A DNA stretch of 64,000 nucleotides from Clostridia bacterium (GTDB lineage Bacteria; Bacillota; Clostridia; Christensenellales; Aristaeellaceae). How positions within the stretch are numbered: position 1 is the first letter of the stretch; every line of letters starts with the position of its first letter. The translations under genes and the position numbers were made by a program. Location of the stretch: assembly GCA_017484085.1 (NCBI GenBank), contig JAFUTW010000029.1, positions 192 through 64,191 of the forward strand, written 5' to 3'. The notes below the pieces were generated by a model. That model ran no database searches, was not told where the DNA came from, and saw nothing but the letters and a program-made list of their open reading frames with translations. Of this stretch, positions 10,173-19,352 are shown one piece after another.

Positions 10173-10991
10173 TTACGTGGCCCACAGGGCTTCGAGAAAG
10201 CGGCGGGCGTAAACAGGCCACTCGGCGCACTCCGGCAGGTTCAGCCAGGTCTGGAAGCCGGAGGTTTCCTCGCGGCAGAGCGAGGAACCATGGCGCCCGC
10301 GGGGGAAGAGGTGAACCTCGGCCGGGACGCGAAAACGGGAGAGTGCAGAGGCAAAGAGGAGGGAATTGGCGACCGGAACGGATTCGTCCGCCCACGTGTG
10401 CCAGAGGAAGGTGGGCGGGGTGTCGGCGCTGACCTTCTCCTCAAGGGAGTACTGCGCCTGCACGGCGGTGTCCTCCGTGCCCGTCAGGTTGACGAAGGAC
10501 TCCCGGTGCGCCTCTGTCCCGGCGGTGATGACGGGATAGCAGAGCACGAGCGCGTCCGACCGGATGTCCTGCGGCGCAAGGCCGGAGCCCTGCCACACAT
10601 CCGGCGTGTTCCACAGCGTGCCGACGGAAGCGGCGCAGTGGCCGCCGGCCGAAAAGCCCAGCAGCGCGATGTGATGCGGATGCGTGTGCAGCGCTTCGGC
10701 GTGCTGCCGCACGAAGGCGACGGCCGCGGCTGCATCCCACTGCGGTTTCGGGAAACGGTTGGGGGCGACGCGGTACCAGACCACGAAGGCATTGTATCCC
10801 TGCGCCGCGAAGTCCAGCGCTACGGGCTCCGTCTCCCTGGGGGAGACGAAGCGGTACGCGCCGCCGCCGCAGATGACGACGGCCGGGCGCTGCACATCGG
10901 CGTCGATCTCTTTTACGACGTCGGGGCAGTAGCAGTCGATTATAACGGCATGGCCGTCCGGAAGAAGGACGGATTCGCGTTTGAAGAGCAT
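10173..10991 (-). CDS. Alpha/beta hydrolase (esterase/lipase, Aes-like)
   Basis: 272 aa with oxyanion-type GGGAY, nucleophile elbow GFSAGGH, and a C-terminal H-containing region. Confidence 0.7.
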   Translation of the reverse strand: MLFKRESVLLPDGHAVIIDCYCPDVVKEIDADVQRPAVVICGGGAYRFVSPRETEPVALDFAAQGYNAFVVWYRVAPNRFPKPQWDAAAAVAFVRQHAEALHTHPHHIALLGFSAGGHCAASVGTLWNTPDVWQGSGLAPQDIRSDALVLCYPVITAGTEAHRESFVNLTGTEDTAVQAQYSLEEKVSADTPPTFLWHTWADESVPVANSLLFASALSRFRVPAEVHLFPRGRHGSSLCREETSGFQTWLNLPECAEWPVYARRFLEALWAT

Positions 10992-11002
10992 GGCGTATCC
11001 TC

Positions 11003-12193
11003 TCAGCCCTGGGTCTCAGGCAGGAGCAGCCGCACGCGCCGGATGCCGGGCACCTTCTGCACGGCGGCGATCAGCGCGTCCGCCGTGCCGGCGGGGACGC
11101 TGTCCAGATCCAGCGCGGAGACGGCCCAGGCGCCGCGGGAACGGTTGACCATGTCCGAAATGTTGATGCCGAAACCGGCGACCGCGGCGGTGATGGAGCT
11201 CAGCAGGTTGGGTACGTTTTCGTGGATGCAGAGGAGGCGCGGCTTCTCCGCGCGGCCCAGATCCATGGCCGGCAGGTTGACGCTGTTGCGTATGATGCCG
11301 TGCTCCAGATAGTCGCGCAGCTGGCCGGCAGCCATCACGGCGCAGTTTTCCTCACTCTCGGGGGTGGAGGCGCCCAGATGCGGCAGGCAGATGACACCTT
11401 CGCAGCCGAGCAGGCGGTCGCTGCCGAAGTCGGTGACGTAGCAGGAGACGGTTCCGTCGCCCAGCGCGTCGACGAGCGCGTCTTCGTCCACCAGGCCGCC
11501 GCGGGCGAAGTTCATGATGCGGATGCCCTTGCGGCACAGGGAGAAGGCGCGCCGGCCGATGAGGCCGCGCGTTTTGTCGTTCAGCGGGACGTGAACGGTG
11601 ATGAAATCGCACTCGGAAAACAGCGCGTCCAGCGAGTTCTCGTGACGGACGCTGCGGGAGAGCCGCCAGGCGTGCTCCACGGAAATCATGGGATCATAGC
11701 CCACGACGTTCATTCCCATGGCGACGGCGGCGTTGGCGACCAGCACGCCGATGGCACCCAGGCCGATGACGCCCAGCGTCTTGCCGCGGAGCTCCGGCCC
11801 GACAAAGGCGCTTTTGCCCTTTTCGACTTCCTTCTCGATGGCGTCGCCGTGCCCGGAAAGCGTGCGCTCCCACTCGATGCCGCCCACGATGTTGCGGCAG
11901 GAGAGCAGCAGGCCGGCGATGACCAGCTCACAGACGGCGTTGGCATTCGCGCCGGGCGTGTTGAAGACGCAGATGCCCTTTTCGCTGCACGCGTCGATGG
12001 GGATGTTGTTCGTCCCCGCGCCGGCGCGGGCGACGGCCAGCAGGCTGTCCGGCAGGGGCATGTCGTGCATCTTCGCGGAGCGCACGAGGATGGCGTCCGG
12101 CGCCTCTTCTTTATCGCTGACGTGATAGTGAGCGCCCAGCTGGCCGTAGATGGCCGGGGAAATCGCATTGAGGGTCCTGATCGAGTAATCCAT
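11003..12193 (-). CDS. serA: D-3-phosphoglycerate dehydrogenase with C-terminal ACT-like domain
   Basis: 396 aa with NAD motif GVIGLGAIGVLVA and catalytic-region NFARGGLVDEDAL...HLGASTPES. Lies immediately downstream of serC. Confidence 0.8.
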   Translation of the reverse strand: MDYSIRTLNAISPAIYGQLGAHYHVSDKEEAPDAILVRSAKMHDMPLPDSLLAVARAGAGTNNIPIDACSEKGICVFNTPGANANAVCELVIAGLLLSCRNIVGGIEWERTLSGHGDAIEKEVEKGKSAFVGPELRGKTLGVIGLGAIGVLVANAAVAMGMNVVGYDPMISVEHAWRLSRSVRHENSLDALFSECDFITVHVPLNDKTRGLIGRRAFSLCRKGIRIMNFARGGLVDEDALVDALGDGTVSCYVTDFGSDRLLGCEGVICLPHLGASTPESEENCAVMAAGQLRDYLEHGIIRNSVNLPAMDLGRAEKPRLLCIHENVPNLLSSITAAVAGFGINISDMVNRSRGAWAVSALDLDSVPAGTADALIAAVQKVPGIRRVRLLLPETQG

Positions 12194-12208
12194 ATCGCCG
12201 TTACCTCT

Positions 12209-13279
12209 TTACTTGTTTTTGGCTTCGAAGTCCTTCATGAACTCCACGAGGGCGCGCACGCCTTCGATGGGCATCGCGTTGTAGATGGAGGCGCGCATGC
12301 CGCCAACGATGCGGTGCCCCTTGACGTTGACCAGCCCGTGTGCCGCCGCTTCCTTGACGAAGCGCGCATCCGTGTCGGGATCGCCCGTGACGAATGTGAC
12401 GTTCATGCGGCTGCGGTCGCGCTTCTCGGCGGTGCCGCGGAAAAGCCTGCTCTCATCCAGGAAGCCGTAGAGGAGGGCAGCCTTTTCGATGTTGACCTTC
12501 TCCAGCGCGGCGACGCCGCCCTGTCTGCGGATCCACTGGAAGACGAGGCCGGCCACGTAGATGCCGAAGCAGTTGGGCGTGTTCAGCATGCTGTCTTTCT
12601 CAGCCATGATCTTGAAGTCCATCACCTTCGGGGTGATGGGCAGCGCGTGGCCCAGAAGGTCGTCCCGCACGACGACGATGACGAGGCCGGCGGGGGCGAC
12701 GTTCTTCTGCGCGCCGGCGTAGATGAGGCCGAAGCGGGAAACGTCATAGACCTCGGAGAGGATATTGCTGGACATATCGGCCACCAGCGGGACGCTGCCG
12801 GTATCCGGCAGGGTGCTCCAGCGCGTGCCGTAGATCGTGTTGTTGGTGGTGATGTGGACGTAGCTGGCGCCGGGATCGAGCGTGTAATCGGGGATGCGGG
12901 TATAGTTCTGCTCGCGGGAGCTGCCGGCCACGCGCACGGTGCCGTACTTTCCGGCCTCGACAAGCGCGTTGTGCGCAAAGTTGCCGCTGTCCACATAATC
13001 GGCGCTGCCGCCTTGCATGAGGTTCATGGCCGTCGCGGCGAACATGGCCGTGGCGCCGCCCTGAAGGAAGAGCACGGTGTAGCCCTCCGGCACGCCCATG
13101 ACGTCGCGGAAGTCGGCCTTGGCCTGCTCAAAGATCTCCAGATACATCTTGGAGCGGTGGCTCATCTCCATGACGGACATTCCCGTGCCGCCGTAACAGA
13201 GCAGCTCGCGCTGCACCTGCTCCAGCACGGGCAGGGGAAGCATGGAAGGGCCGGGAGCAAAATTGTATACACGATCCAT
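12209..13279 (-). CDS. serC: Phosphoserine aminotransferase
   Basis: Start at the internal ATG (MDRVYNFAPGPSMLPLPVLEQVQRE...), the classic SerC N-terminus. Also ...VKGHRIVGGMRASIYNAMP. Confidence 0.85.
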   Translation of the reverse strand: MDRVYNFAPGPSMLPLPVLEQVQRELLCYGGTGMSVMEMSHRSKMYLEIFEQAKADFRDVMGVPEGYTVLFLQGGATAMFAATAMNLMQGGSADYVDSGNFAHNALVEAGKYGTVRVAGSSREQNYTRIPDYTLDPGASYVHITTNNTIYGTRWSTLPDTGSVPLVADMSSNILSEVYDVSRFGLIYAGAQKNVAPAGLVIVVVRDDLLGHALPITPKVMDFKIMAEKDSMLNTPNCFGIYVAGLVFQWIRRQGGVAALEKVNIEKAALLYGFLDESRLFRGTAEKRDRSRMNVTFVTGDPDTDARFVKEAAAHGLVNVKGHRIVGGMRASIYNAMPIEGVRALVEFMKDFEAKNK

Positions 13280-13392
13280 AAGTGTCACCTCGTTTTGCAT
13301 TTGTATAATGTGGTATCTTATCATGCAACAGCTGCTTTTTCAAGGGCAGACCCCGTAAAACGGAGGCTGCCGGTGCGAAAAAACGCAGCGCT

Positions 13393-14046
13393 TCAGCGCA
13401 GCAGGCGGCGGAGCGCTTTGCTGTCCGCGCGGGGGAGAGCGCTGAGGATCCCGGCAGCAAGCCGCTCTTCCGATTCCTCAGGCGTGCGCTCCAGCGCCTC
13501 GGCAAACAGGGCTTCGCCGAACCACCGCTCCGGGAAATCGAGCGCCGCGTTACCCCAGCCGTAGGGCTTGCCTGTTTTGCCCAGGCTGTAGCGGAAGTCG
13601 CAGAGGATCACGTCCGTGCTCATCTGCAGGCGGGTCAGCGCAGCGTCGAATCCCTTCGTGAGGCCGCACTCCCGCCTGGCGTGCTTGGAGAGGACGTTGG
13701 GGCGGGGCAGCAGATAGTCCATCAGCCGCTTGTCGCTGTAGGGGACAAGACCCTCCTCCAAGCGCTCCTCAAAGGTCATGCCCAGCCGGCGGAGGTTCAT
13801 GAGATCGCCGAAGCAGTCCGGCCTGACGAAGGCGGCCTTGCCGCTGATGAACTTGCCGTAAACGCAGATGCGCTGCACCGCAAGCTTCCCTTTCCACTCC
13901 CAGGGGCCTTCCCTGTCCGTGAACCAGACATCACGCGAGATGTGCTCTTCCAGGGACCAGCCGGGGATGCGGCTTCTGAAAAAGGGCAGGATGCCGAAGC
14001 GTTGTATGGCTTCTTCCAGCCCCTCAATCGTTTGAATGGTCTGCAT
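13393..14046 (-). CDS. Hypothetical protein, possibly AlkZ-related (winged-helix DNA glycosylase-like)
   Basis: 217 aa. GILPFF...GWSLEE...DREGPWEWKGKL...VYGKFISGKAAFV recalls AlkZ/YcaQ-type proteins. Recollection only. Confidence 0.3.
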   Translation of the reverse strand: MQTIQTIEGLEEAIQRFGILPFFRSRIPGWSLEEHISRDVWFTDREGPWEWKGKLAVQRICVYGKFISGKAAFVRPDCFGDLMNLRRLGMTFEERLEEGLVPYSDKRLMDYLLPRPNVLSKHARRECGLTKGFDAALTRLQMSTDVILCDFRYSLGKTGKPYGWGNAALDFPERWFGEALFAEALERTPEESEERLAAGILSALPRADSKALRRLLR

Positions 14047-14140
14047 GGTTCCTCCCGGGCCGCGTCGGCGGCCTGATACTGAAAAGCTTCCCCATCCGGG
14101 GAAGCGGCTGCATGAATGTGGAAGCGAAAACAGAGAACTG

Positions 14141-14164
14141 CAAAAAGCCGTTTTCAGAAACGGC
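14141..14164 (-). terminator. Rho-independent terminator after the secreted SH3-like protein gene
   Basis: On the minus strand GCCGTTT-CTGA-AAACGGC is followed by TTTTTGC. Confidence 0.55.
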
Positions 14165-14196
14165 CGTTGCCTTCATAGAGAAGGAAGCACTGCCGG

Positions 14197-14742
14197 TCAG
14201 TCGCCGACCAGCACGGACCCTTCGACTGTCTCGGTGAACTCGACGGCGCTCTCCGGCACCCACGCGCGTTTCAGATGCCTGCCGTCGTTCTTGTATTCGA
14301 TCTGTATCCACCCGTTTTCGTGGTTGCAGACCTCGACTTCCATCGCGGCGGGCAGCGCACGTGTATAAGAGGCATAGAGTTCGCCGGGGCCGTAGGCGGG
14401 GATGACGCGCTCCGAGAGCGTGCCCTTGCCCAGGGACTTCTCTTCCGGCAGCTGCCCGAGGGCGACGGTCAGCCGCTTGTGGCCGGTATAGGCGCGGCGG
14501 TAGCTGTTGCGGTACTGGAACTCGACCTGGATCCACCACACCCGGTTGCGGCTGTCATAAAACTTGGAAACAGCGTTCACCTGTTTGCCCCGGGAGAAAT
14601 AAGTGCCCAGGTCCGTGTACTGCGTGCCGGGGCCGGAACGCGTCGCGATTTTCGTGGTCAGGGTCGCTTTGACCTCCGCCAGAGAGAGGGAAGCCGCCAG
14701 CACCATCACAAGGCACAGCAGCAGCGCTAAGCTCTTCTTCAT
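14197..14742 (-). CDS. Secreted protein with bacterial SH3-like repeats (function unknown)
   Basis: Signal peptide MKKSLALLLCLVMVLAASLSLAE. Two segments (ATRSGPGTQYTDLG...WWIQVEF and IPAYGPGELY...NGWIQIEY) look like SH3b folds. Confidence 0.45.
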   Translation of the reverse strand: MKKSLALLLCLVMVLAASLSLAEVKATLTTKIATRSGPGTQYTDLGTYFSRGKQVNAVSKFYDSRNRVWWIQVEFQYRNSYRRAYTGHKRLTVALGQLPEEKSLGKGTLSERVIPAYGPGELYASYTRALPAAMEVEVCNHENGWIQIEYKNDGRHLKRAWVPESAVEFTETVEGSVLVGD

Positions 14743-14954
14743 GTGGATACCTCCTTCATCCGGAATGCCGGGGATCCGGCAGACGGTTGTACCCTATTTA
14801 TACACCAATTTGCGTTTCAATACAACCATGCGGGGTCAGCGGGTGAAAATGACATCCGGTCAGAAGAAGCGGAACGAGTCTCCGCTTCCATGCGCTCCGG
14901 CCGCTGACGGTCGCGTTATCTGGATACATAACCACAGGACAGCCTTGATGACAT

Positions 14955-15760
14955 TTATGGCTTTGGCGGCCGTATCGTCGCTTTGCACTTCTTGGGATTG
15001 ACCTTGATCGTCGCAGCGTAGGCGCTGTTGCAAAGCCCCAGCACTGCGGAGAGGATGAACAGCGTCTCGATGCCGAGCGCTTCCCAGATCCAGCCGCCGA
15101 ACAGCGCGATGAGGATCGTGATAAAGTGGTTGACGGACACCCCGGTCGATATCGTCGCCCGAACCTCCTCCGGACTGTCAGAGATGTCCTGCACATATAC
15201 ATTGGAGGCCATGGAAGCCAGCGAGATGACAGAATCCAGGATGTAGTTCACGCAGCAGACGACGAAGGCTACGTTTCTCGGAAAGGTGTGGTGGGCAAAG
15301 CCGTAGAAGAAGCACACGATCACCAGAATCAGCGTGTCTGAAACCATGACGATTTTATAACCAAAGCGGTCGATGATCTTGCCGACCAACGGTGAAGCGA
15401 AGAAACTGCACACCGCCGACAGGGCGAACAGCGCGCTGATGATCATGGCGTTTGCGCCGTAGAACAGCACCAGAACATAGGGGCCGAAGGTGAAGAACAC
15501 CTGTTTGCGCGCGCCGTAGAACACTTCCAGCATATAATACTTGGTGTATTTCCTGCGAAAGTAGAAGCGGCGCTTGCTCTCGTCGGTGATACTTTCATCC
15601 GTCATGTGCAGGCTGGCTATAAAACTGAGAGCGATGATTGCGGCACTGACGACGAAGGCCGCGCGGTAGAGCCGTGATGAATTCTTTACCAGGAAGAAAG
15701 CAGCGATGACCATGAGATAACCGGTCAGCGTGCCGATTTGCTGTGCCGCATACAGACCCG
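14955..15760 (-). pseudogene. MFS transporter, C-terminal half only (5' truncated)
   Basis: The reading frame continues upstream of the first ATG (…GLYAAQQIGTLTGYLMVIAAFF…) and ends abruptly near 15760, where the integrase-like sequence starts. Only ~6 TM helices remain. Confidence 0.7.
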
Positions 15761-15898
15761 AAGACCCTGCAGGCCATCATGGGACACAGTGATATAAGGG
15801 TCACCATGGAGCGGTACGTGCATCCAAGGATGGACAGAATCAAGGAAGCAGGGAAGGCTTTCAGCAACATGTATGCGGATGATACAGCAAGCGCCTGA
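15761..15898 (+). pseudogene. Tyrosine recombinase/integrase remnant (last ~46 codons)
   Basis: Hand translation gives KTLQAIMGHSDIRVTMERYVHPRMDRIKEAGKAFSNMYADDTASA*. LGHSDIxxTMxxYxH is the conserved C-terminal box carrying the catalytic Tyr. No N-terminal or core domains lie upstream. Confidence 0.7.
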
Positions 15899-15928
15899 AA
15901 TGAGAAAATTCTCACACAACAATAGTTA

Positions 15929-16025
15929 TGGAACAAACTTGGAACAGAGCCCTTATGCCGCAAACCCAAGCGGCATAAGGGCAGACAGATGATATGTAAC
16001 TTAAGGTTGGAACAATTTTGGAACA
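15929..16025 (+). repeat. Four TGGAACA direct repeats in two pairs, each pair 11 nt apart, flanking a 13-bp-stem hairpin
   Basis: TGGAACA at 15929, 15940, 16008 and 16019. Hairpin GCCCTTATGCCGC (15949..15961) / GCGGCATAAGGGC (15970..15982). Confidence 0.8.
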
Positions 16026-16085
16026 AAAACCCCAAAAACATCAAAAAAACCCTTTTTTGGCCTCTCAAAAACCTTTAATTTATGG

Positions 16086-16114
16086 TTGACAAAACGCCGC
16101 AAAGGCGCTATAAT
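16086..16114 (+). promoter_or_regulatory. Consensus sigma-70 type promoter for tRNA-Arg
   Basis: TTGACA (16086..16091), a 17-nt spacer, TATAAT (16109..16114), ~24 nt before the tRNA 5' end. Confidence 0.7.
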
Positions 16115-16137
16115 CCTGCATGTTTCGAGAGAGACAC

Positions 16138-16214
16138 GCACCCTTAGCTCAGCTGGATAGAGTGTTTGACTACGAATCAAAAGGCCGTGGGTTCGAATCC
16201 CGCAGGGTGCACCA
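16138..16214 (+). tRNA. tRNA-Arg (anticodon ACG), CCA encoded
   Basis: Acceptor stem GCACCCT/AGGGTGC, D-arm AGCTCAGCTGGATAGAGT, anticodon stem-loop TTTGA-CTACGAA-TCAAA, T-arm GTGGGTTCGAATCCCGC, and terminal ACCA. Confidence 0.9.
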
Positions 16215-16442
16215 GGTACAGCTTCCGTGCTTCGCGCCGGGGGTTGTATTTTTTTGTTTAAAACTGACGATAGGACATAAAGGGGGAGCGTAACCTATTC
16301 AGTTTACCGATGCCGTTCTTCGTGTGACGCTTCTGTGACGGGAAGGTGTTATGATAAGACTGTCGAGAGGAGCAAATCACGAACGATCTGAACGCCCTTT
16401 CAAAAAACGGGCAGACCTGTGAAAAGAAATGAGGTGTCGTCA

Positions 16443-17414
16443 ATGACAAACAAAGAGATTTATCAGAAAACAGTTGGGTTTTCCGTCAGGCGGCTGCTGT
16501 GGGATATTTTCGCCTTTGCGATCCTGGCGGCTTTGGCCGGGGCAGGCTTCCTGCTGGCTGAAAAACTGACGGATAAGGGCCTGGTCGGCCTGGCGGTCGG
16601 CGCTCTGGCCGGGATCATCGCGGCGGCTGTTTTCCTGCGTTATGTTTCCTACACATACAAGGCCGGTCAAATTGCCATGATGACCCGGGCTGTGACGGAA
16701 GGGACGCTTCCGGAGGACGTGATCGGCGAAGGAAAAAGAGCGGTCAAGGAACGCTTTGCTACGGTTGCGGCTTTCTTTGCAGTCACTAGGATCATAAGGG
16801 GCATCTTCAGCCAGCTGGGAAACGGGCTCAGTTCCATCGGTGAGAAGCTCGGGGGCAACAACGGAAAGACGATCGGCAGCGTTGTCTCTGCCGCTGTGCA
16901 GGTGGTTGTCGAATACCTGTGCGACTGCTGCCTGGGCTGGGTGTTCTACCGGAAAGGCGTCAACGCGGCAAAGGCGACCTGCGAGGGCGCGGCACTGTTC
17001 TTCGGGCACGGGAAGACCCTTGCGAAGAATATGAGCCGGGTGTTCGGCATGGGACTTGCATCCCTGGCTGTGATCGGCGGCGCGTTTACGGGGATCTTCT
17101 ACCTTGCCGCATCCGGATTCCCGGAACTGTTCACGCGGCTGAGTGCCGAAGTGGCGGAGGCAGCTGCCAGGCTGGAGACGACGGCCCCCGCCGCCATGAC
17201 CGATCCGAATGCGCTGAAGTGGATCTGTGCCGGTGCGGCAGGCATCGTTTTGTGGGGTATCGTTCACACCGCTTTCATTCGCCCCTTTGTGCTGGTGGGC
17301 GTGCTGCGCAATTACATTGAATCCGGTATCCGGGATATCCCGTCCGAGACGTCCTTTGCCGTGCTGGACAGCAAATCTGACAAGTTCAGAAAACTGCATC
17401 AGGAACTGGCGTAA
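16443..17414 (+). CDS. Multi-pass membrane protein, unknown function
   Basis: ~323 aa from the ATG 16443 (GAGGTG RBS). Several hydrophobic helices; no motif recognised. Confidence 0.55.
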   Translation: MTNKEIYQKTVGFSVRRLLWDIFAFAILAALAGAGFLLAEKLTDKGLVGLAVGALAGIIAAAVFLRYVSYTYKAGQIAMMTRAVTEGTLPEDVIGEGKRAVKERFATVAAFFAVTRIIRGIFSQLGNGLSSIGEKLGGNNGKTIGSVVSAAVQVVVEYLCDCCLGWVFYRKGVNAAKATCEGAALFFGHGKTLAKNMSRVFGMGLASLAVIGGAFTGIFYLAASGFPELFTRLSAEVAEAAARLETTAPAAMTDPNALKWICAGAAGIVLWGIVHTAFIRPFVLVGVLRNYIESGIRDIPSETSFAVLDSKSDKFRKLHQELA

Positions 17415-17485
17415 AGCCGCACAATGCCGGTTGCCACCGGCTTCGCGGGCAGCATGACGGTAAGCACTGAAGTATAAATAAAAAG

Positions 17486-17529
17486 CAGACGGCAGTCTTC
17501 CGAGAAGGGGAAGAAGGCCGTCTGTTTTT
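17486..17529. terminator. Stem-loop with flanking A- and T-runs (bidirectional terminator candidate)
   Basis: AAAAAG-CAGACGGC...GCCGTCTG-TTTTTG between convergent genes. Confidence 0.5.
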
Positions 17530-17610
17530 GCGAAAGCTTCCGCAGTCTTCTGCGGGTTTGTGCTATTCCGGCTGCTGACGGATGCTGCTGCGCCGGGGCT
17601 GCTCTTTGTG

Positions 17611-18027
17611 TTATTTACCCTTGAAGAAAGAAATGATCTTTTCAATAAAGGATAAATTATTCTTCATGAAATGGCTGTCCCACTCATAGAAGACGGCCTT
17701 GTCCGCTGAGAGCAGGTAATCGTGGTAATCGAGGGAATCCGGGGCGGCTCCCTTTTTGAGGACGATCAGCTTCTTTTCCTTCAATTGTTCGACACACGTC
17801 TCGAGGGCAGCCTTGTCAATGCCCTTTATGTCCATGTGCGTGTTCGCGATCACCTCTAACAGGTACGTATAATACCGGTGTGGATCGCTAGCGTAGAGTT
17901 CGTTCGGCACGTAGACCGGAACCGTCCCCTCGGGGATGTTTTCGGCATCGATGCCCATCTCCCTGCAAACCCTTTCGACATCGCTTTCCGATATTTCCCA
18001 TGCGCGGGAAGCCTGTGCTTTATTCAT
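17611..18027 (-). CDS. Hypothetical protein, possible N-terminal HTH; lower-GC gene
   Basis: 138 aa from MNKAQASRAWEISESDVERVCREMGI... The gene is visibly AT-richer than its surroundings; one 60-nt line at 17641 has 22 G/C. Confidence 0.45.
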   Translation of the reverse strand: MNKAQASRAWEISESDVERVCREMGIDAENIPEGTVPVYVPNELYASDPHRYYTYLLEVIANTHMDIKGIDKAALETCVEQLKEKKLIVLKKGAAPDSLDYHDYLLSADKAVFYEWDSHFMKNNLSFIEKIISFFKGK

Positions 18028-18390
18028 CTTCTCTCCCTTTCTGTCCCTTTTTGTTACATGCTTTATTTTATCGCACTTTACGGGATGTTTCAACGAATCT
18101 GCCGTCATTTATTGAAAAATCGGTTTGCCTCACCGGGCGGCCGGTTCTTTTTATATGTGACGCGCTTGGCCGTGCGGGATCGCGGAGGACGAATGCCGGC
18201 CCATCTGATTCAGCCATCGGGAGGGTGATTTTTAACGATTATCCCTGAATTCCGGGGTAAATCAGAGAAAATGATAAGGATGTGAGAAATGGAAAATTGA
18301 CGGTTCTTCGGGCAAAACCATAGAATAAAGGCGTAATCTTCCACAAATAAAACCGTCATTTCATCAACAGATTTGGAAGGAAGGGTGCCG

Positions 18391-19341
18391 ATGTTAAGTG
18401 ATTCTGCGGTAAATCGGAGAAGAAATTTGAAGCTGTATGCAGCAGATCAGCGGCTGAAATTCAGGCGCTCTATCCCGCTGCTGCTGATGTTCCTTCCGGC
18501 GATCGCCTATTTCATCGTCTTCAAGTACGTGCCCATGCTGGGGCTGCAGATCGCTTTCCGGAATTACTTCCTGATGGACGGCATCTGGAAGAGCCCGTGG
18601 GTGGGCCTGGACAACTTCCGCTTCCTGCTCAGCAGCGGCCAGACGCTGGCTACCATCCGCAACACCTTCGTGCTGGGCATCCTCGGCGTGCTGGTTTCCT
18701 TCCCGATCCCCATCCTGATCGCGCTGCTCTTCAACGAGGTCCGCAACAGGACCTACAAGAACCTGGTGCAGTCTTTCTATTATATGCCGCATTTTCTGTC
18801 CTGGGTGGTCGTCGGCGGCATTTTCACCGGCATTTTTGCTTTGGACAGCGGCGTGATCAATGCGATCACCTACAAGCTGTTCGGCTTCAAATACGCCTAT
18901 CTCTACAACGAAGGCTCCTGGATCGCGGTCTTCCTGTCGGCCCGGATCTGGAAGGAAGGCGGCTTCAGCGCCATCATCTATCTGGCTGCGCTGACCAATG
19001 TGCCGCCTGAGCTCTATGAAGCCGCTGCCATTGACGGCGCGGGGAAGCTGAAGCGCATCATCCACATCACGCTGCCCAGCATCATCCCGACCATCATCAC
19101 GATGCTGATCATCAATATGGGCAAGGTGATGGAGATCGGCTTCGACCAGGTCTATACCATGCAGAACGACGTGGTGTACAACGTTTCCGAGGTCATCAGC
19201 ACCTATGTGTATAAGATCGGTCTTGGGCGGGGGCAGTTCAGCCTCTCCACGGCCATGGGCCTGTTTGAATCCGTCGTCAGTCTCACCCTGGTGCTCATCA
19301 CCAATTCCATCGCCAAACGGTTTGACAAAGGACTGTGGTAA
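18391..19341 (+). CDS. Carbohydrate ABC transporter permease (LplB/YtcP-like)
   Basis: N-terminal NRRRNLKLYAADQRLKF...LLMFLPAIAYFIVFKYVPMLGLQIAF and EAA loop ELYEAAAIDGAGKLKRIIHITLP. Confidence 0.85.
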   Translation: MLSDSAVNRRRNLKLYAADQRLKFRRSIPLLLMFLPAIAYFIVFKYVPMLGLQIAFRNYFLMDGIWKSPWVGLDNFRFLLSSGQTLATIRNTFVLGILGVLVSFPIPILIALLFNEVRNRTYKNLVQSFYYMPHFLSWVVVGGIFTGIFALDSGVINAITYKLFGFKYAYLYNEGSWIAVFLSARIWKEGGFSAIIYLAALTNVPPELYEAAAIDGAGKLKRIIHITLPSIIPTIITMLIINMGKVMEIGFDQVYTMQNDVVYNVSEVISTYVYKIGLGRGQFSLSTAMGLFESVVSLTLVLITNSIAKRFDKGLW

Positions 19342-19352
19342 GGAGGCGCTGT

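Noticed and set aside
15929-16025. Mini CRISPR-like or iteron array.
   Set aside because: There are only four 7-nt repeats with 4-nt and 61-nt gaps, and no cas genes. This is far too short and irregular for CRISPR. It is treated instead as possible recombinase arm sites.
16190-18400. Direct repeat of the tRNA-Arg 3' end that would delimit an island (attL/attR).
   Set aside because: I looked for GGTTCGAATCCCGCAGGGTGCACCA fragments downstream by eye and did not find one. This needs a computational search, so no island boundary is claimed.
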